A stretch of DNA of 64,000 nt from Pavona decussata. Lineage: Eukaryota. The position numbers and the translations under genes are program-made. The stretch is from assembly GCA_977016875.1 (NCBI GenBank), contig CDRNST010000025.1, positions 1,364,001 through 1,428,000 on the forward strand, written 5' to 3'. Position 1 is the stretch's first letter; every line of letters starts with the position of its first letter. Below are positions 24,919 through 38,270 of this stretch, in pieces. Below the pieces are notes generated by a model. It saw only the letters and a program-made list of their open reading frames with translations. It ran no database searches and was not told the origin of the DNA.

Positions 24919-26913
24919 ATTAGTAATGTTTACTCTTTGCTGTGGCCATGTTAAGAGTCCCAGAGAGGTGCATTTTAAGTCTTAAATTTATTAAGGCGCT
25001 GGCAGACTTAAATTATTCGCTTCTATAGTCTCAAGGGCAATGCAAGATAAGCTAAACGGTGTATCGACGTTCCACTTAGCGCTCAAGTTTCGATATGAAA
25101 ACGCTGTGCCAAATGGGAAAAGGCACTGAGAATTTTCTGATAGCAAATACTCTTTGATTTCGTTGACAGCGTTGTCTAGCGGAAAAGTTTTTCGAGAGAA
25201 GTGGGTTCATTCTTTGATGCGCGTTTAAGATAAACTGCTTAGTTGTGGATGAGATGACAGATGAGTGCAACTAAGCTGTGTTTAGATTAGTTCACCGTTC
25301 AGAGGAGATTTCAAACAGATAGACATTAATCCCAAATGACAGCAGGACTTTTATTGTACGTAAAAATGTGAAAGACGCGCAGCACACAAAAGAATTGAGG
25401 TTTTAATAGCAATATGCAAATATTTGGCTCAACCCTCGAACTTCTTGTTTGCGTTTCGTGCGGAAAAGACATGACGTCTTGGCCTCCCTTTCGATGCACG
25501 GCGAATCATCCTTTCCCTTATGATCAAAGCAACATTTCTGATGAAGATTTTTCCACATTGCATGCATGGAAATAGTTCTAAAAAGCATTGTCTTTGTTTA
25601 TCCCTCGCTTTGCCGTTTCAAGACCCAAGAACCGGGGCATAATTTTATACTGTTCTTATTTTGGAACTAAGACAAACCCTTTTTGCGGGTATTTTTCAAA
25701 TCATGTGACGAGGTTAGATAGTACATTTGCGTTTGTGGATAAAATCCTTGAGTAGTGACCGTTCAAATACAGTGTTCGGCAATATTGCTTTTCTACCGGT
25801 GTTGTTTGTTCAGTGAACTTTGCACAGGTGAAAATTTACAAAAAAGCCAAATTTCTACTTTAACACACTCGAAAGAAGAAAACACATTTATTTGGTTTCT
25901 GAAGCTGTCGATCACAAATCTGATTTTCACTTTTTTAATGCCCTGTACTCGTAAAAAATAAATTGAAGTAGACATATAAACAGGAACCAGAAAATTGTAT
26001 ATGAATAAATTTATTCAAAGCAAACAGCTGGTGGTTTCATTTTGTATGACACTCGTACAAAAAAAAGACATAATAGTGTTAAAAAAATAATGGAGACTGC
26101 ATGCAAATAAGTTTTATTGTCCCTTAAAAGCGAATAATAACTAAGAGTTAACCAGTGTTATTTTCTTTTAACGAGCTTTGGCGGCACTGGGTTTCGCGCT
26201 CTGCGGTTTAAGGTGATAATGAGTGTCATATCACTGATGCAACCGATATTTAAAGCAATATCTTTATTCCGTTTTCTATGAATTAAGAAGTGCTCTTTTT
26301 TGTCTTGAAATCACCCAGTAAGAAGTGTAAGAAACCTTAAATAAGGTCTACTTATTTAACAGAAAGTTGGGTCGCAAGGAACCAAACAGTATTGCATTTA
26401 TTTTACCGTAGAACCCAGTTAAATTCAGCGCATGTGCGTTTGACCCGATACTCAGAGAATGAGTGTTTGGGTTGCCTAATGGAAATGCGCCATTTTCTCG
26501 AGAACCAGCAATCGTTATTTCATGAATTTTGGCCGAAAACTTCAGCAAACAGAAAATTTGAATTTTAACTGAGAAAATTTCAAGTATTTGAGAACTAAGC
26601 CGGATATATTAAACAAGGAATTGCAGAAAGTTCCTGTCTTGAAATTTAACGAGACCAATTTTAACACGCAAGTATTCTGGCTTGGTCACGTGATTAGCTC
26701 CACTACCTCTTGCTTTTCAAAGGAAGGACTGCTAACCGTGAGCAAAAAGTTACCGCCAACTTTTGTAGGATTAAAACTAAACAATACTTCTTTTGATTTC
26801 GGGTGAATTAAAACTTTTTTCAGCGATATGACGAAAATTTAAAAGAAGAAAAAAACAAAGGATTTCGCATAGTCAACAGCCGACCATTTAGTTTGAATGC
26901 AATATTTCGTTCG

Positions 26914-27218
26914 AAAACTTTAAAAACTGCAAAAGCCGTGAAACGGAAGATCTTGCTTGCTCGGTACGTTGGATCTCACAGGAGATCTAATCAGCCAAAC
27001 TTGAAAAATAGACGATGAGAAGTCCAAAGACTACTGCAAAGCTGACACAACGTAATATATTTTAAAACAATATTTCGGCTGGCCAAACCAGCCTTCTTCA
27101 GGTTTAGATGTTGATGTAACATCTTAACCTGAAGAAGGCTGGTTTGGCCAGCCGAAATATTGTTTTAAAATATATTACGCTGTGTCAGCTTTGCAGTAGT
27201 CTTTGGACTTCTCATCGT
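26914..27218. mobile_element. Hairpin insertion (Penelope-like retroelement relic?) with a minimal hammerhead motif in each arm
   Basis: Near-perfect inverted repeat with arms of about 100 bp at 27011-27219; 14-bp TSD caatatttcgttcg (26900-26913, 27219-27232); CTGAAGA-a-ggctgg-tttgg-ccagcc-GAAA core. Confidence 0.75.
27125..27165 (+). ncRNA. Minimal hammerhead ribozyme-like motif (mirror copy on the - strand at 27065-27105)
   Basis: aac-CUGAAGA-(A)-stem II GGCUGG/CCAGCC-GAA-AUAU (self-complementary stem III)-U-guu (stem I with aac). Confidence 0.6.
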
Positions 27219-28725
27219 CAATATTTCGTTCGCTAGAATTGTTTTCTCCCAGTTAGTTTATTCAGCTAAAGAATCTGCAGCGAAAAGGACAGTTTATTTA
27301 TTTTGTTCATTTACAGATTCGTCCTACACTTGGGCAGGTGGAAAAACAACAGGGCACGAAGTACCCTAGTCGGTTATACACCTGACCCTACCCCCCCCCC
27401 CCCCTTAACATTAAGTAAAGTGAAAAGTAAAGTCCAATCCCTTATTTAAACTCTTCTTATATGATTCACACAACTTCATCCTAGACCGGGTTTTATTTTG
27501 TCTTCTGGGGCCAAAGGGGAAGGGGAGGGGGGGGGGGGGCAGATTCCACCCCGTCCATAACTTCCCAAGTATAAAGGCTATGACAATGAGGCTCGGAGTA
27601 CGTCCAAAAATGTTTCCTTTGAGGTACGCAACAGTAAGTGATGACGTCATATGACGTGGTAATTACGTCATGATTGCCAAGTGGTGACCATCTTGGATCC
27701 AATAATCTAAAAAAGGAGCAAGGCTGGCTTCACGGTCAGAGAAGTATATTTTTCAATATTTCGAAAGGCACGGCCTTTCTACTTCAGGGTATGTTTGGAC
27801 CCGACAATTTGGATATCTGGATTTCCCCAAACTTTAGGAAAGAGCCGAAATAGGACAAAAGTAAGACAATACAGAAACACGAAAATGGATAGAAGGATAC
27901 CGGAGGACTGATACAACAGTTTTCTTACTTCCTAATTGGCTTGTGTAAAGGCTAAGGGCACAAAAACGAACTTTTTGCTATTCAAACACTGTTGAGCAGT
28001 CTTTTCACGTGTTACCGTATGCAGTGGTAACTGAGGTGGTTCTGAAACGTGAGAGAACTGTAAGGCTCTCCTGGCCCTTTCTCTCCGTTCATGGGCGGGA
28101 AAAGGAGAGACCCTGGGAACGGGGTAACCCATTTTCAAACCTGGAGAGAAATCTGGGTACAAGATTAACCCAAGAGAGCCCAAGTATTGGCAGTGCTTTG
28201 ACGTTATAAAATGCTCAGCCACCCTCATCCATTCAGTACTTCTCTACTTAGTTAAACTCCCGTTTTGTTGCTCGCAAATTTTTTCAGTTGACAATTACAT
28301 CATGTTTGACATTTATGCCAGTTGTATAACATTCTAAAAACCGTTTTATGTGCCCACTCTTACATGCATGACTGGTCAAAACTGCATGCAAATCTACCCT
28401 CGTTATACACCGATGGACACAAAAGACTACAAGAAACTCAATTGTGCGATAAACATCGCAAATTAATGAAATCGCTCACTAAGTGTTCATTTTTAGATCC
28501 CAGACAGTGATATTGGTGCAAGTTAAATCAACCGCATGAACGTACTTTCAGAATTACTTTGTGGGATAATGAGGCGCTGGATGTCATTTCAATGACAAGA
28601 GTTGTGCTCAGGAAATGATTAAGAGGTACTTGCTAAGGAATCTTCATTATTCGTGCCTGCAAACTTTACATATTTACCTTTGAACGGCCGAGCAGATACA
28701 ATCTTCAGCAAGCCTGCAGGCGGTC

Positions 28726-31700
28726 ATGGCTTCGCCTCAGCAAATTACAACGAATGTTGCTCGCAAGACATATTTAATATCGCGTCATGGGTTTGTGTTA
28801 CGAGTGACGCAAGATACAGTTGGGAGCAGTGAACATGGAACAAGCGATCCTTTTGGTAAGTATATAGTTGTAAGCAATGTCGGTCAATTGTTAATTGAGT
28901 TATAACTGTGGATGAAATCCCTAAGGCGAGACAATTCAAATTAAATTTAATGGGCAGTAATTTCCCCAGCCCTGCACTTTGTCGACTTGTGCTACTACGC
29001 AAATCCAGAAAATTGAGCGGTACTTTTCTGTGCTGCCGTATCTCATGCTTCAACGTCGTGTGTAAATCAAATCACAGAGACCCCAAGGATGAAAGTTAAA
29101 TTACTGCATGAGCGGTAATTTCTTTGGTAACTTTAGAAATCGTGAATCGATGGAATCTTAGCTGAATGTAACCAATCAACTGAAAGCCACAGGGAAGTAC
29201 TTTCCTGTGGTGCTGTTTATTATGCTGTACAGGTGATTCTTGAATTCGAAGTCTGTTAATAAAATTCTAAAGTGTGACTATTCGAATGAAAGCTACTGAG
29301 CAGAACTTTCCTGTGCTGCTGTTTATTATGCTGTTCCAGGTGACGCAGCTAACGTTTGAATCGGCCTAGAAGTGGATGAAATCCTTTAAAAGTGTGACCA
29401 TTCAAATCAAAGCTATTATAAGCAGTACTTTTCTGAGGTACATGCAGTTTCAATATGCTATAAAAAGCAGATCTATCCTTTGATACTGATCAGTTTTAAG
29501 TCAAACCATCACGCAATGAAAACTGTTTTGCTTCATCTTTTTGTGTTGGCTCTTGTTTTTCGAAAAAAAGGAATAATTAAAAATTATTTCCTTAGGCGGT
29601 TGGGTCTTTCCTTAGGCAATAACATCGAGAACATTCTTTTTAAAAATGTACATCCATAAGAACTTGAACACTAGAGAGTCAAAACTTAGAATATCGAATT
29701 GATAAAAAATGAGTGACCGTTTCAGTTACGAACCCAAGCAGCTGCAAAAGAAAATTCAGGCTTTCTTTAGTTTCATACCAGCTCAAGTTACACTACTGCG
29801 ATGGTGTCTCATCTATAGCAATTCTTTCATCCGTAATTCAAAATATACGAATTTGATATATTTCGCTACCGTAGTGTGATTATCATTTGCAAATGTTAAT
29901 TTGGTTTGCAAAAAAGAAAACGTTTCTGACAAAATACTTTTCTGAAGTGAAAGGCGATTTAAATTATCCAAGCCGGTCGGGAAAAGAACCGACACAGTTC
30001 ACTGGTTTGTTCTAAACAGATCTGTTCAGTTATTGTAGTCAGTTTTAATATTTAAATGGATCCTACATATCCGTTCCCAAAGACTTCAACATTCATTACA
30101 TCCTTTTACCTCGAGCAATGCAAGATAGTGTGATAAGATATACAGGCAGAAATTTAGCCCTTATCTATATTTAGTATTAGCTGGCTTTTTAGTGGAACGA
30201 ACTAAAATATCTTGACAATTTCCGGAGTTCATTTTGGAAAAACGTTCTTCATGCAACTAGCTAGGTCATTTTGCCATTGAATTAGCATTGCGGGGACATT
30301 TTCGAGGCAAACCGCCGACTATTTCAATCCGATACCAGGGCCGTCGCCCCTCTGTAGAAAAGGGACAATCTGGGGACGAGTTTAGTGTTACGTGTAAATC
30401 GTACGTATGGATGTAACTGCTCCTTACATCTCGATACCTTGATTTCGATCGATCCATAATATCTTGGCTTGAGTGGAAAAAAAAAATTAAAATAATTTAA
30501 GGATCCCAAAACAAGAGAAGAATGATGACAGTGAAGATCAGAATTTCTTGGAAGGTGTTGTTCAGTAAAATTATAGACATTTTCAAATAGCGTTAACAAA
30601 CTTGCCATCAGTTTTGAATTGAAGGAATAAAAACAAACAAACGAGAATACAGTGAGAAGAAATCACCTGGCCCCAGTTGTTCAAAGAGCAGATAACTTTA
30701 TCCAATGGATAATTAAATCGCTATCCAGCGAATAAAATGTACTTCAACCAAAGCTTTTGGCAAGTTTTTCAGACAATCCCTTACTTAAATTAGACAGACG
30801 CTTCTACTTTATACACAAATTATAGGGCTGAAGGGAAATTATTGCACGCATTCTATCTACCGCATAGCGACCTATCCAGTGGATAAAATTATCCGCCCTT
30901 TGAACAACTGGGAACTGGTCTCCTGCATGCGTTGAGGAGAAGTTTTATTGATTTTCAGCCGTCCTTGAAATGATGTCAGTCGGTCAAGGTGAGATTGTGT
31001 TACGAGGAGAAGCAGCAAATAGATACATTGGAATGGACAGTGATGGAAACCTTGGGACTTATGTAAGTGATAACTTCTTCCTTCGCTTCGTGTATAACGC
31101 AAGATACCTTTGCAAAAATTGTAGAAAAAGAAAAGAAAACATGCTTTGCAGGGGTTGCCCAATCATGAAAGTACTCACCTCTTATCATCGTGTCCAGGTT
31201 TCGATACCCTGACTCGGCGTCCTATGTGCCATTGAGTTTGTCGATGGTTTCAAGTCCATGCTCAGAGATATTTTTCTCCCAACATTTTTGAAACTTCAAT
31301 TATATATGGATGTCCTTAATAACCACTGATGGCTTAATTCCATTGATACTTAAATTTATGTACTTTTTCATTTAATAATATTTATTTATCGATCCGTTGT
31401 AAAGCTCCTTTTTAACTGGACAGCGACTACGTGCATCCATCTTGGATTAATGGCACATAGAATATAACATAAATTTAGTGTAAAACGAATTGTATCTTTT
31501 GTCTGTAAAGTATCTTATCTAATACAAAACAATTTGGAAACTTTGAAAATCAAGGAAATGTGAAAATAAGGTTATTGTCGTTGGTGTAAAACAAAAGAGA
31601 ATATTATTTTACTTAATCCTTTGCAGGAAACTTCACGACGTATTTGCACTTGTTGGTAATTGTAACTGAACCGAATTCCCCACTCTATAAATTATGGGAA

Positions 31701-32447
31701 GACTGGACCGAGTGAAAGCTTGTGGAACTTGCGTTAAAATTTTAAAATACTTCGTTATTAAAAGATAAGGCATTTAATTTGACAGCTTGCAGGTGATAAG
31801 TTATTTGTCAGTCTGACAGTTTACTAAATCAGTTTACGAATCATTTTAAAAATCTTGAAGCTCTTTTTGTTAAATCACAAAATGATCTTGACTTCACTTG
31901 ACCGGACTCCATTTACGTACACATATATTTCTCTATTCCTCAGTTGTACAGAGGAAGAAAACTGTGTGGACGAAAATATGAATGGGATTGTTGAATACTC
32001 AGAATGAAACAACTGAGGAATAGAGAAACCACGAGACTAGCGTTCCTGTATCGACGTCACAGCCCTTACTATCCCCAGTCTCCCGTTTTACGCGGTATCA
32101 TAACCAACTGGAAGTAAAATGTGACTCTTTATGCGCCGAGAAAAATTGATAAGGAATCTTTTTTTCGATCTTCATACAAGAACAATATGAAACAGATTTG
32201 ATTAAACAATTGAACAATTTCTGTCATTTACACATTTAACTCAGTACGTTTCTTCGTCTTTCAACAGAATTCATTAATTGAGAACTGTGTATTCAAAGAA
32301 CGTCATAACGTGAATGGCTACAGCTCATTCGAGTCCAGACCTCATTCCGGCTGGTATATGGCGCTGACAAACGATGGCAGAGCAAAGCCTGGACCCAAAA
32401 CTGCCCCGAGTCAGAGAGCTGTGGAGTTCTTACCAGGAAAAATTTGA
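28726..32447 (+). CDS. FGF-family gene A (FGF1/2-like, no signal peptide); exons 28726-28855, 30959-31062, 32268-32447; 137 aa
   Basis: Spliced protein MASPQQ..KTYLISRHGFVLRVTQDTVG..DPF/AVLEMMSVGQGEIVLRGEAANRYIGMDSDGNLGTY/NSLIENCVFKERHNVNGYSSFESRPHSGWYMALTNDGRAKPGPKTAPSQRAVEFLP. It has the canonical FGF 104-bp middle exon with phase 1/0 introns and fits the HBGF/FGF signature G-x-L-x-T-x6-N-C-x-F-x-E-x6-Y. Confidence 0.93.
29185..29480 (+). repeat. Degenerate tandem minisatellite (about 3 units) in FGF A intron 1
   Basis: Recurring gtactttcctgtggtgctgtttattatgctgtacaggtg ... gtgtgaccattcaaatgaaagcta. Confidence 0.75.
30667..30916. mobile_element. MITE with TIRs
   Basis: ccccagttgttcaaagagcagataactttatccaatggata / tatccagtggataaaattatccgccctttgaacaactggg. 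Confidence 0.75.
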
Positions 32448-33266
32448 TGATACTGTCACGAGATTGTCTTTCTTTGCTTCCGCCACGCGGAAATTTAATG
32501 TGAATATATGAAACATATTTAATCTTTTTAATTCAGACAACCATTAACTTTTGTTCTTTTAATTGACGAGTTAGTTTCTGGAGTTTACCGGTTTTAACTG
32601 ATTAACGCCGTCAACAGCTGCGTGAGTTGTTTTTACGAAAAAGAATTCTGTAGTATAATTGGCAACAGTCCTTGATAGCAGGAAGACAGTCATAATTTGA
32701 AGACATGTTTGGACCGTTACAACAGCCAATTTAAATCTGAAAATTTCCTACTTCGTGTTCTTCCAATTGATTCAGCAGTTTATATCATGCTTCTATCAGC
32801 TCGCAGCTAAAGATAAAATAATCTTTCATATCCACAAGAAAAAGACACCCTTAAATCAATATTTAAAACCCCTAGGTACGACTCAAGTAATTACGTATTC
32901 TTTTATTGTTCTCTTTACTATTTTGTTTGCATTCCTAATTAGTGTTATATTTTCATTTCGTATTCAATTCTATAACTTATTTCGTAACTTACAATGGTGG
33001 TTGTCAAGGCCGAAACATGTCTTCAAATTAGAAGGTGCTGTGTCTTCAAAGCTCTCGAAGCGCCATCTTGAAGAATGCGTAAATAATTATTTTCTTGCGA
33101 AGTGAGTGAAGCAAGGGTGTGGACGTTCGAAAATTTAATTTATGGTATCCACGCTCAAGTTGTTGAAGTGACTTTCCACTTAAATTACTCTTGCATTGCA
33201 AAAAAGTTAAACGACTTGACTTTGAACGCGAGCAAACATTATAGTTATACGATTAGACGCATAATC

Positions 33267-33545
33267 AAGGCTCGTTTAAACGGTTTAAACATGTAACCAA
33301 CATTCGTTCTACAAAAGTTGGACGGATGTTGGACAAACGTTGGACGAAGTGTTCAAACTGCTTCGACACCATTCAACCTTTTTTTTGAGAACAAAGGAAA
33401 ATGTTGTATGGATGTTGAATGAAAGTTTAAACCAATTTAAATTTGATCCAACAAGCTTTCAACAATGTTGAACGACCTGTTCAAACGCTCCCGACATTTT
33501 GTTCAACAAAGTGTTGAATGCATGTTGAACCAAATGTTGAAAAAT
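33267..33545. repeat. Dispersed CAACA/TGTTG-rich MITE-like repeat; related element at about 55752-56000
   Basis: Many internal caacat/atgttg inverted motifs, aggctcgtttaaacgg start. Confidence 0.5.
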
Positions 33546-33814
33546 TTATACATGCCGGGGGATGCTACTTAAAAAAAAATATAGGATTTTATCATCTTCA
33601 TTATCGACATAGTAACAAACATAAGTTGCAATAAATTAAGATATTATTAATAGCTATTATACCTATAAAATAAAATGTAAATGTTTGCACTTGCAATTTT
33701 TTGTGTAAATGTACTGTCAAAAACAGTTAACATTTGACAAATGGCGACAAGGAGTAATCTTCGAAACATCACGTAACTCTCTCATCACTGATTTTTAAGT
33801 TTTCCTTTGTCAAC

Positions 33815-33925
33815 TGCGCATGCGTCACACGCTTAACCGCTGTGAAGAGCACATCCTACCTATTGTCACTGCTGCACGTGTCATCCACGTGCACAGTTAG
33901 TACAAGGATTGTTGCATGTATAATA
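33815..33925 (+). promoter_or_regulatory. Putative core promoter of FGF B
   Basis: NRF1-like TGCGCATGCG (33815), two CACGTG E-boxes and TATAATA (33919) about 140 bp upstream of the ATG; possible short 5'UTR intron 33978-34040. Confidence 0.4.
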
Positions 33926-34056
33926 GAAAACTCGTCTCAAAACTGACTGGAGTGGTCCGCGATCACGAGTTATCGAGGTACACAGTTATTAATTTAGTTT
34001 CCATCTTTTTTAAATCGTAAACTATTTCAAGCTTTTAAAGTGTTGAACGACGGATC

Positions 34057-37000
34057 ATGGCTGGCTTGACACCGGAATCTCCGCACCTTGTCCGCTTAAA
34101 CTGCCGTCATGACTACTACCTACGAGTGACTGAGGACAGTGTGGAAGGAACAAAGGATAAAAACGATGACTACAGTGAGTAATAGAGGGATGACGCAGTA
34201 GTGAGAGCACTCGCCATCCACCAGTATGGCCCAGGTTCGATTTCCGCACTCGCGTCACATAATGTCCCTACTGGGCTTATAATAATAATAACTTTATTAA
34301 CGTGTCAAGAAATGTAGCTGAGGGGAGAAGTCCCCTCTACTAATAGTGGACACCTAACTAAATTCTAAAAATTCTAAAAAATTATAAAAATGAATTAAAA
34401 ATTTACATCTTAAACCATATATTTCCTCCGGGTACTCTTGTTATAGCCTCTTCAAGAAAAACATTTCCAAATTCCAATTTGATCTGGAAGTGTCTTCAAT
34501 TAGTGCTCTGTGCTAAATATATTTTTGTATTTATTTATTTATTTTCTGAAATATTTCTTGATTACAGCAGACATGAATATTTCCGGCAATATACAGCTTT
34601 TTCAATTAACGTTGCTGACAATTAAAGCGTAGCGCTAAGGCGATAAAACCGAAAACTGAAAATCTTTCCGGTATTTCGACTGTCAGTGCCTTAGGATGGA
34701 TGAAAACATCATAAACATTCAGTGCCTCTTAGATTTATTTCCTAGGAGTGAGTCACAGCAGAGTTTAAAAGCTTTATCGTCCTTTGGTCTTGTGATGTAG
34801 GCTTTTCCATAAAGTTAATTGAAAAAAAAAACGTATATGTATTGCGGATGAAAATATAAGGAAATGAAATAATTAATTAAGGAGTTTTGATGAAACAGAC
34901 CAAAGTATTTGCATACTTATTCTCCTATGAAAAGCGGTTTCGAGCTAATGACCTTTGCAACACAACTAAATGCAAATACTCGATCATTTGAGCTATCAAA
35001 GCCGTCCTGGGTATTTAGAACCCATAGAACTACGTTGTTTTCAACCCTAGTAAAGAACCATGATTATAAGATAAAATGAAACAAGAATTAAGCGAAGAAA
35101 AATTTGTAATGCTACTACGAAGGAACGATTCATTTACTATTAATCCGTGTTAGTTTTTACTTCTGTCAAACCTAGGCGGCATGAAAATAGCTTTAGTCTT
35201 AAGCCCAGCTGCTTGTAATTTTTAATTTTAGCAAATGTGCGGAATTTTACTTTCACTGCACTATGAGTCATACTTCACAATTTCGCTCTATTTTTAAATT
35301 CACTACCTTCTGCAATTTCTTCTTCATCAAAACCAAAATTTTAGACGAAACCGCAAAAAAAAAATGGTGTTTTTTTTTTCTATTTAAGATGAGCTAAAAA
35401 AAAATGAGGGAAGCATCAGTCATAATTAGGGATACAAAATTGACTCTATATTATTGCTCATAAAAAATGGGAGACAGCTATTTTGCATCACATGCTGTGA
35501 ACCTCACTATGAAAGCGAAGCTCAGTGCAAAACTTTTCATATGAATATTAGTTTTGTTTGCATATGAATGAAAACTAATTTTCATAACAAAAACTTTGCA
35601 CTTAGCCTCGCTTTCATAATGATGTTCAAAGCAACTCGGAAATGGCCTATTGCACTGGAGAGTGAATGTTTACTTGTTAAACTACTGGCAATACGCCCAC
35701 AGTGGTTGGTGTATGCGGTTTCTGTTTTGCCGATAATATTTCGACGGACGCGTATTAAGATTCCATGACGCTTTGTTCGGTCACGTTCATTCGATTTAGA
35801 TTGCAAGTGATCGAAGGTGAATTTAGCCAGAAGTACGGTCAAATTTGAATTGTCAATGAACTTTAATTTCAACAAAACTGATAGTTTTTCTCAACAAAGT
35901 AAACTAAAATTAAAGCGGTAGACGAAGCTAGTACTGGTCTACCCGCCTAGATTAGCTCTAGCTACTTGCGGGTTAGTGTTGTCTTTCAATTTTATGTTAA
36001 ACATTTTTGAATAAACTTGAAACTTGAAACTTGAAAACTTGTCATTATCCCCTGAAAGGTGTTCAAACAGTTGAGTCTGTGGGTGTAATAGCCCTTATCA
36101 CCCAGCGGCCATGTTGAGTTTCGGGAGAATAAAAAGCTTTGTTCTCGCACCGCAAGCCTCGGCCAGAAGCGAATTCAGTGCGAGGGTTTCCATGCAAAAA
36201 CAAAGCTTTTGATTTCTCAATATTCCTTGGAATGAATGCCATTATTCCTTTTATTTAGCAATCTTGGAAATGACATCACTTGCTGAAGAGGGAACTGTTA
36301 TCCGAGGAAAGACAGCTAATAAATACGTTGGAATGAACAGTGAGGGAAACCTGTCAACTTACGTAAGTGCAAAATTAATTTCCGTGCAAAATGCTCAGTG
36401 CCGCTATAATATTGTAAAATATAGTATACTCATCATAGTATATTGCAACAGTTTCATGCAACCTGGTTGGCTACCTAATTACGTACATAACGCAATGTGT
36501 CGTTCCTAGCTCATCTGGAAAGCCCGCTTTCTCCGACGAAATAGAAAAGGGTTTTTTTTTTTTGCTCTTGCTTTCTCTCATTTTTCTTCAGACGAATGAG
36601 GCATTTTTTCTGAGTTTATTTTAAAAAATATTGGAGATCTATCAGTTCTAGTATCTTGGCAGCCGGTCATGCATCGACGCAATCGTTAAAATGATGGTCC
36701 AGTTTAGTTAACAATTACCCTACTACTACACAGAAACTAGTGCCAATTGTCTTGGGCTGCGGGTGCCGGATGGCCAAGATTGAAACGGATTGTAATTAAC
36801 GTGAAAGAATTGGCCAAATTGTTCAAGTTCTTCCAGCCAGTGTATTTTAGAGAAATCGCTAAAAAGACTTGATTATAGTTTGTTCTTCCAAAGAGAAATT
36901 ACTTAATATTTCCCTGGCTGATCTAAGAGCAATTTGTTGTTAGAGAAAAGGTATCTTGTCAATCTTGTCAAATATTTAAAGCAGTTTTGATCAAAACACA

Positions 37001-37288
37001 GGGTAATGCCCGTGACAGTGTCCCATGTAAGAGTTTAAGACACATCATGTATAATTTGTATAAATTGTGATCTCTTAACAGAGTTCCTTGGTCGAGGATT
37101 GTGTGTTTAAAGAAAAACAGACTGATAGAAAAGGCTACAGCGCATTTGAATCCAGGCCCCATGCTGGCTGGCACCTGGCGCTGACCAAAGACGGCCGCAC
37201 AAAGCCTGGACCCAAAACTGAACGTGGCCAGAGAGCCGTAGCTTTCTTTAAAACGACAATTCATTGCCAAAATATGGAGAAAAATTAA
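34057..37288 (+). CDS. FGF-family gene B (tandem paralog of A, leaderless); exons 34057-34174, 36259-36362, 37082-37288; 142 aa
   Basis: MAGLTPESPHLVRLNCRHDYYLRVTEDSVEGTKDKNDDY/TILEMTSLAEEGTVIRGKTANKYVGMNSEGNLSTY/SSLVEDCVFKEKQTDRKGYSAFESRPHAGWHLALTKDGRTKPGPKTERGQRAVAFF; 104-bp exon 2; consensus splice sites. Confidence 0.92.
34187..34520 (+). mobile_element. tRNA-derived SINE, interrupted, in FGF B intron 1
   Basis: ggatgacgcagtagtgagagcactcgccatccaccagtatggcccaggttcgatt (A/B boxes) and tail tttcctccgggtactc..ccaaattccaatttgatc shared with 59712-59975. Confidence 0.65.
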
Positions 37289-37432
37289 CCTTGCATTAAG
37301 CAATAACTGATTTGTCAAATAAAAACATGTAATGCTCAGGGATGGATAGTAAATAAATAAAAAAATAACAAATTTAGGGAAGGTAGCACTAAGCTAACTC
37401 CAGGTTAATTAGGGTGGCCCTCAAAAGTCGAA

Positions 37433-37608
37433 TAGGCTATTTCCGAGTTGCTGTGAGCCTCACTATAAAAGCGAGGCTCAGTGCAAAACTTTTCATATGA
37501 AAATTAGTTTTGTTTGCATATGAATTGAAATAAATTTTTATAACAAAAACTTTGCACTTAGCCTCACTTTCATAATGAGGTTCAAAGCAACCCGGAAATG
37601 GTCTATTG
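37433..37608. mobile_element. Short palindromic MITE; second copy at about 35495-35651
   Basis: ataggctatttccgagttgc ... gcaacccggaaatggtctat. Confidence 0.7.
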
Positions 37609-38020
37609 GAATTTGGAGATGTTGGTTTTGTCGAGAGAGGAAAACTTGAGAACACGGATAAAAACCCTCGGAGCAGGGGTTCGTTTCTCAAAGCTCCCGA
37701 ATATCTTTAGAGTCCGGAAAAAATTACCTTCTCAACAGATTACCGTTTGTTTTTCGTCCAAATTTAACTCAATGTGTTTCTTAATCTCGAAAAACTTAAA
37801 TATTTTGGCATTCACGATTCTAAAAAATTGCATTTTTTTTTTAATGAATTTTGTACAAGTAAAATAGCTGTGCGGCTCCAAAATCTTCTCAGGAGTTCCA
37901 GGAGCGCACGCCAGGGACGAGAGCCAACAACAAACTTAATCCACGTGTGGCGTCAACGCCGAAAATCGAACCCGCGCCACACTGGTGGAAAGCGAGGGCT
38001 CTCACCACTGCGCCACCCCT
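37609..38020 (-). mobile_element. tRNA-derived SINE (minus strand) split by an inserted MITE relic (about 37675-37913)
   Basis: Reverse complement of the 59712 SINE head (cgaacccgcgccacactggtggaaagcgagggctctcaccactgcgcca) and body. Confidence 0.6.
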
Positions 38021-38074
38021 ACCTTTCCCACTCTCACAGCGAACTCTGAGGGAACAGCGTGTAGTCTAACCAAA

Positions 38075-38270
38075 GCACTTATGTCCAGAGATGCACCTAA
38101 CCCTGAATTTGGTTACATTTATATAAGACAGACATTTTTGTCGTTTCAATATGACTTCATGTTTGACAGAATTATTTGTGTTTTAGTAAAAATTTAGGTT
38201 AGGGGACACTTTGTGATGTCTATCATGCATTTCATGCATCTCATCAGCGTCCATTTCTGGACATATCTCA
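38075..38270 (+). repeat. Dispersed repeat; second copy at 47990-48185
   Basis: gcacttatgtccagagatgcacctaaccctgaatttgg...catttctggacatatctc is nearly identical at both sites. Confidence 0.8.

Noticed and set aside
28726-37288. Interleukin-1 family assignment from FES...GW motifs
   Set aside because: The FGF signature, the 104-bp exon and the GPKT..QRA..F ending all indicate FGF; the resemblance reflects the shared beta-trefoil.
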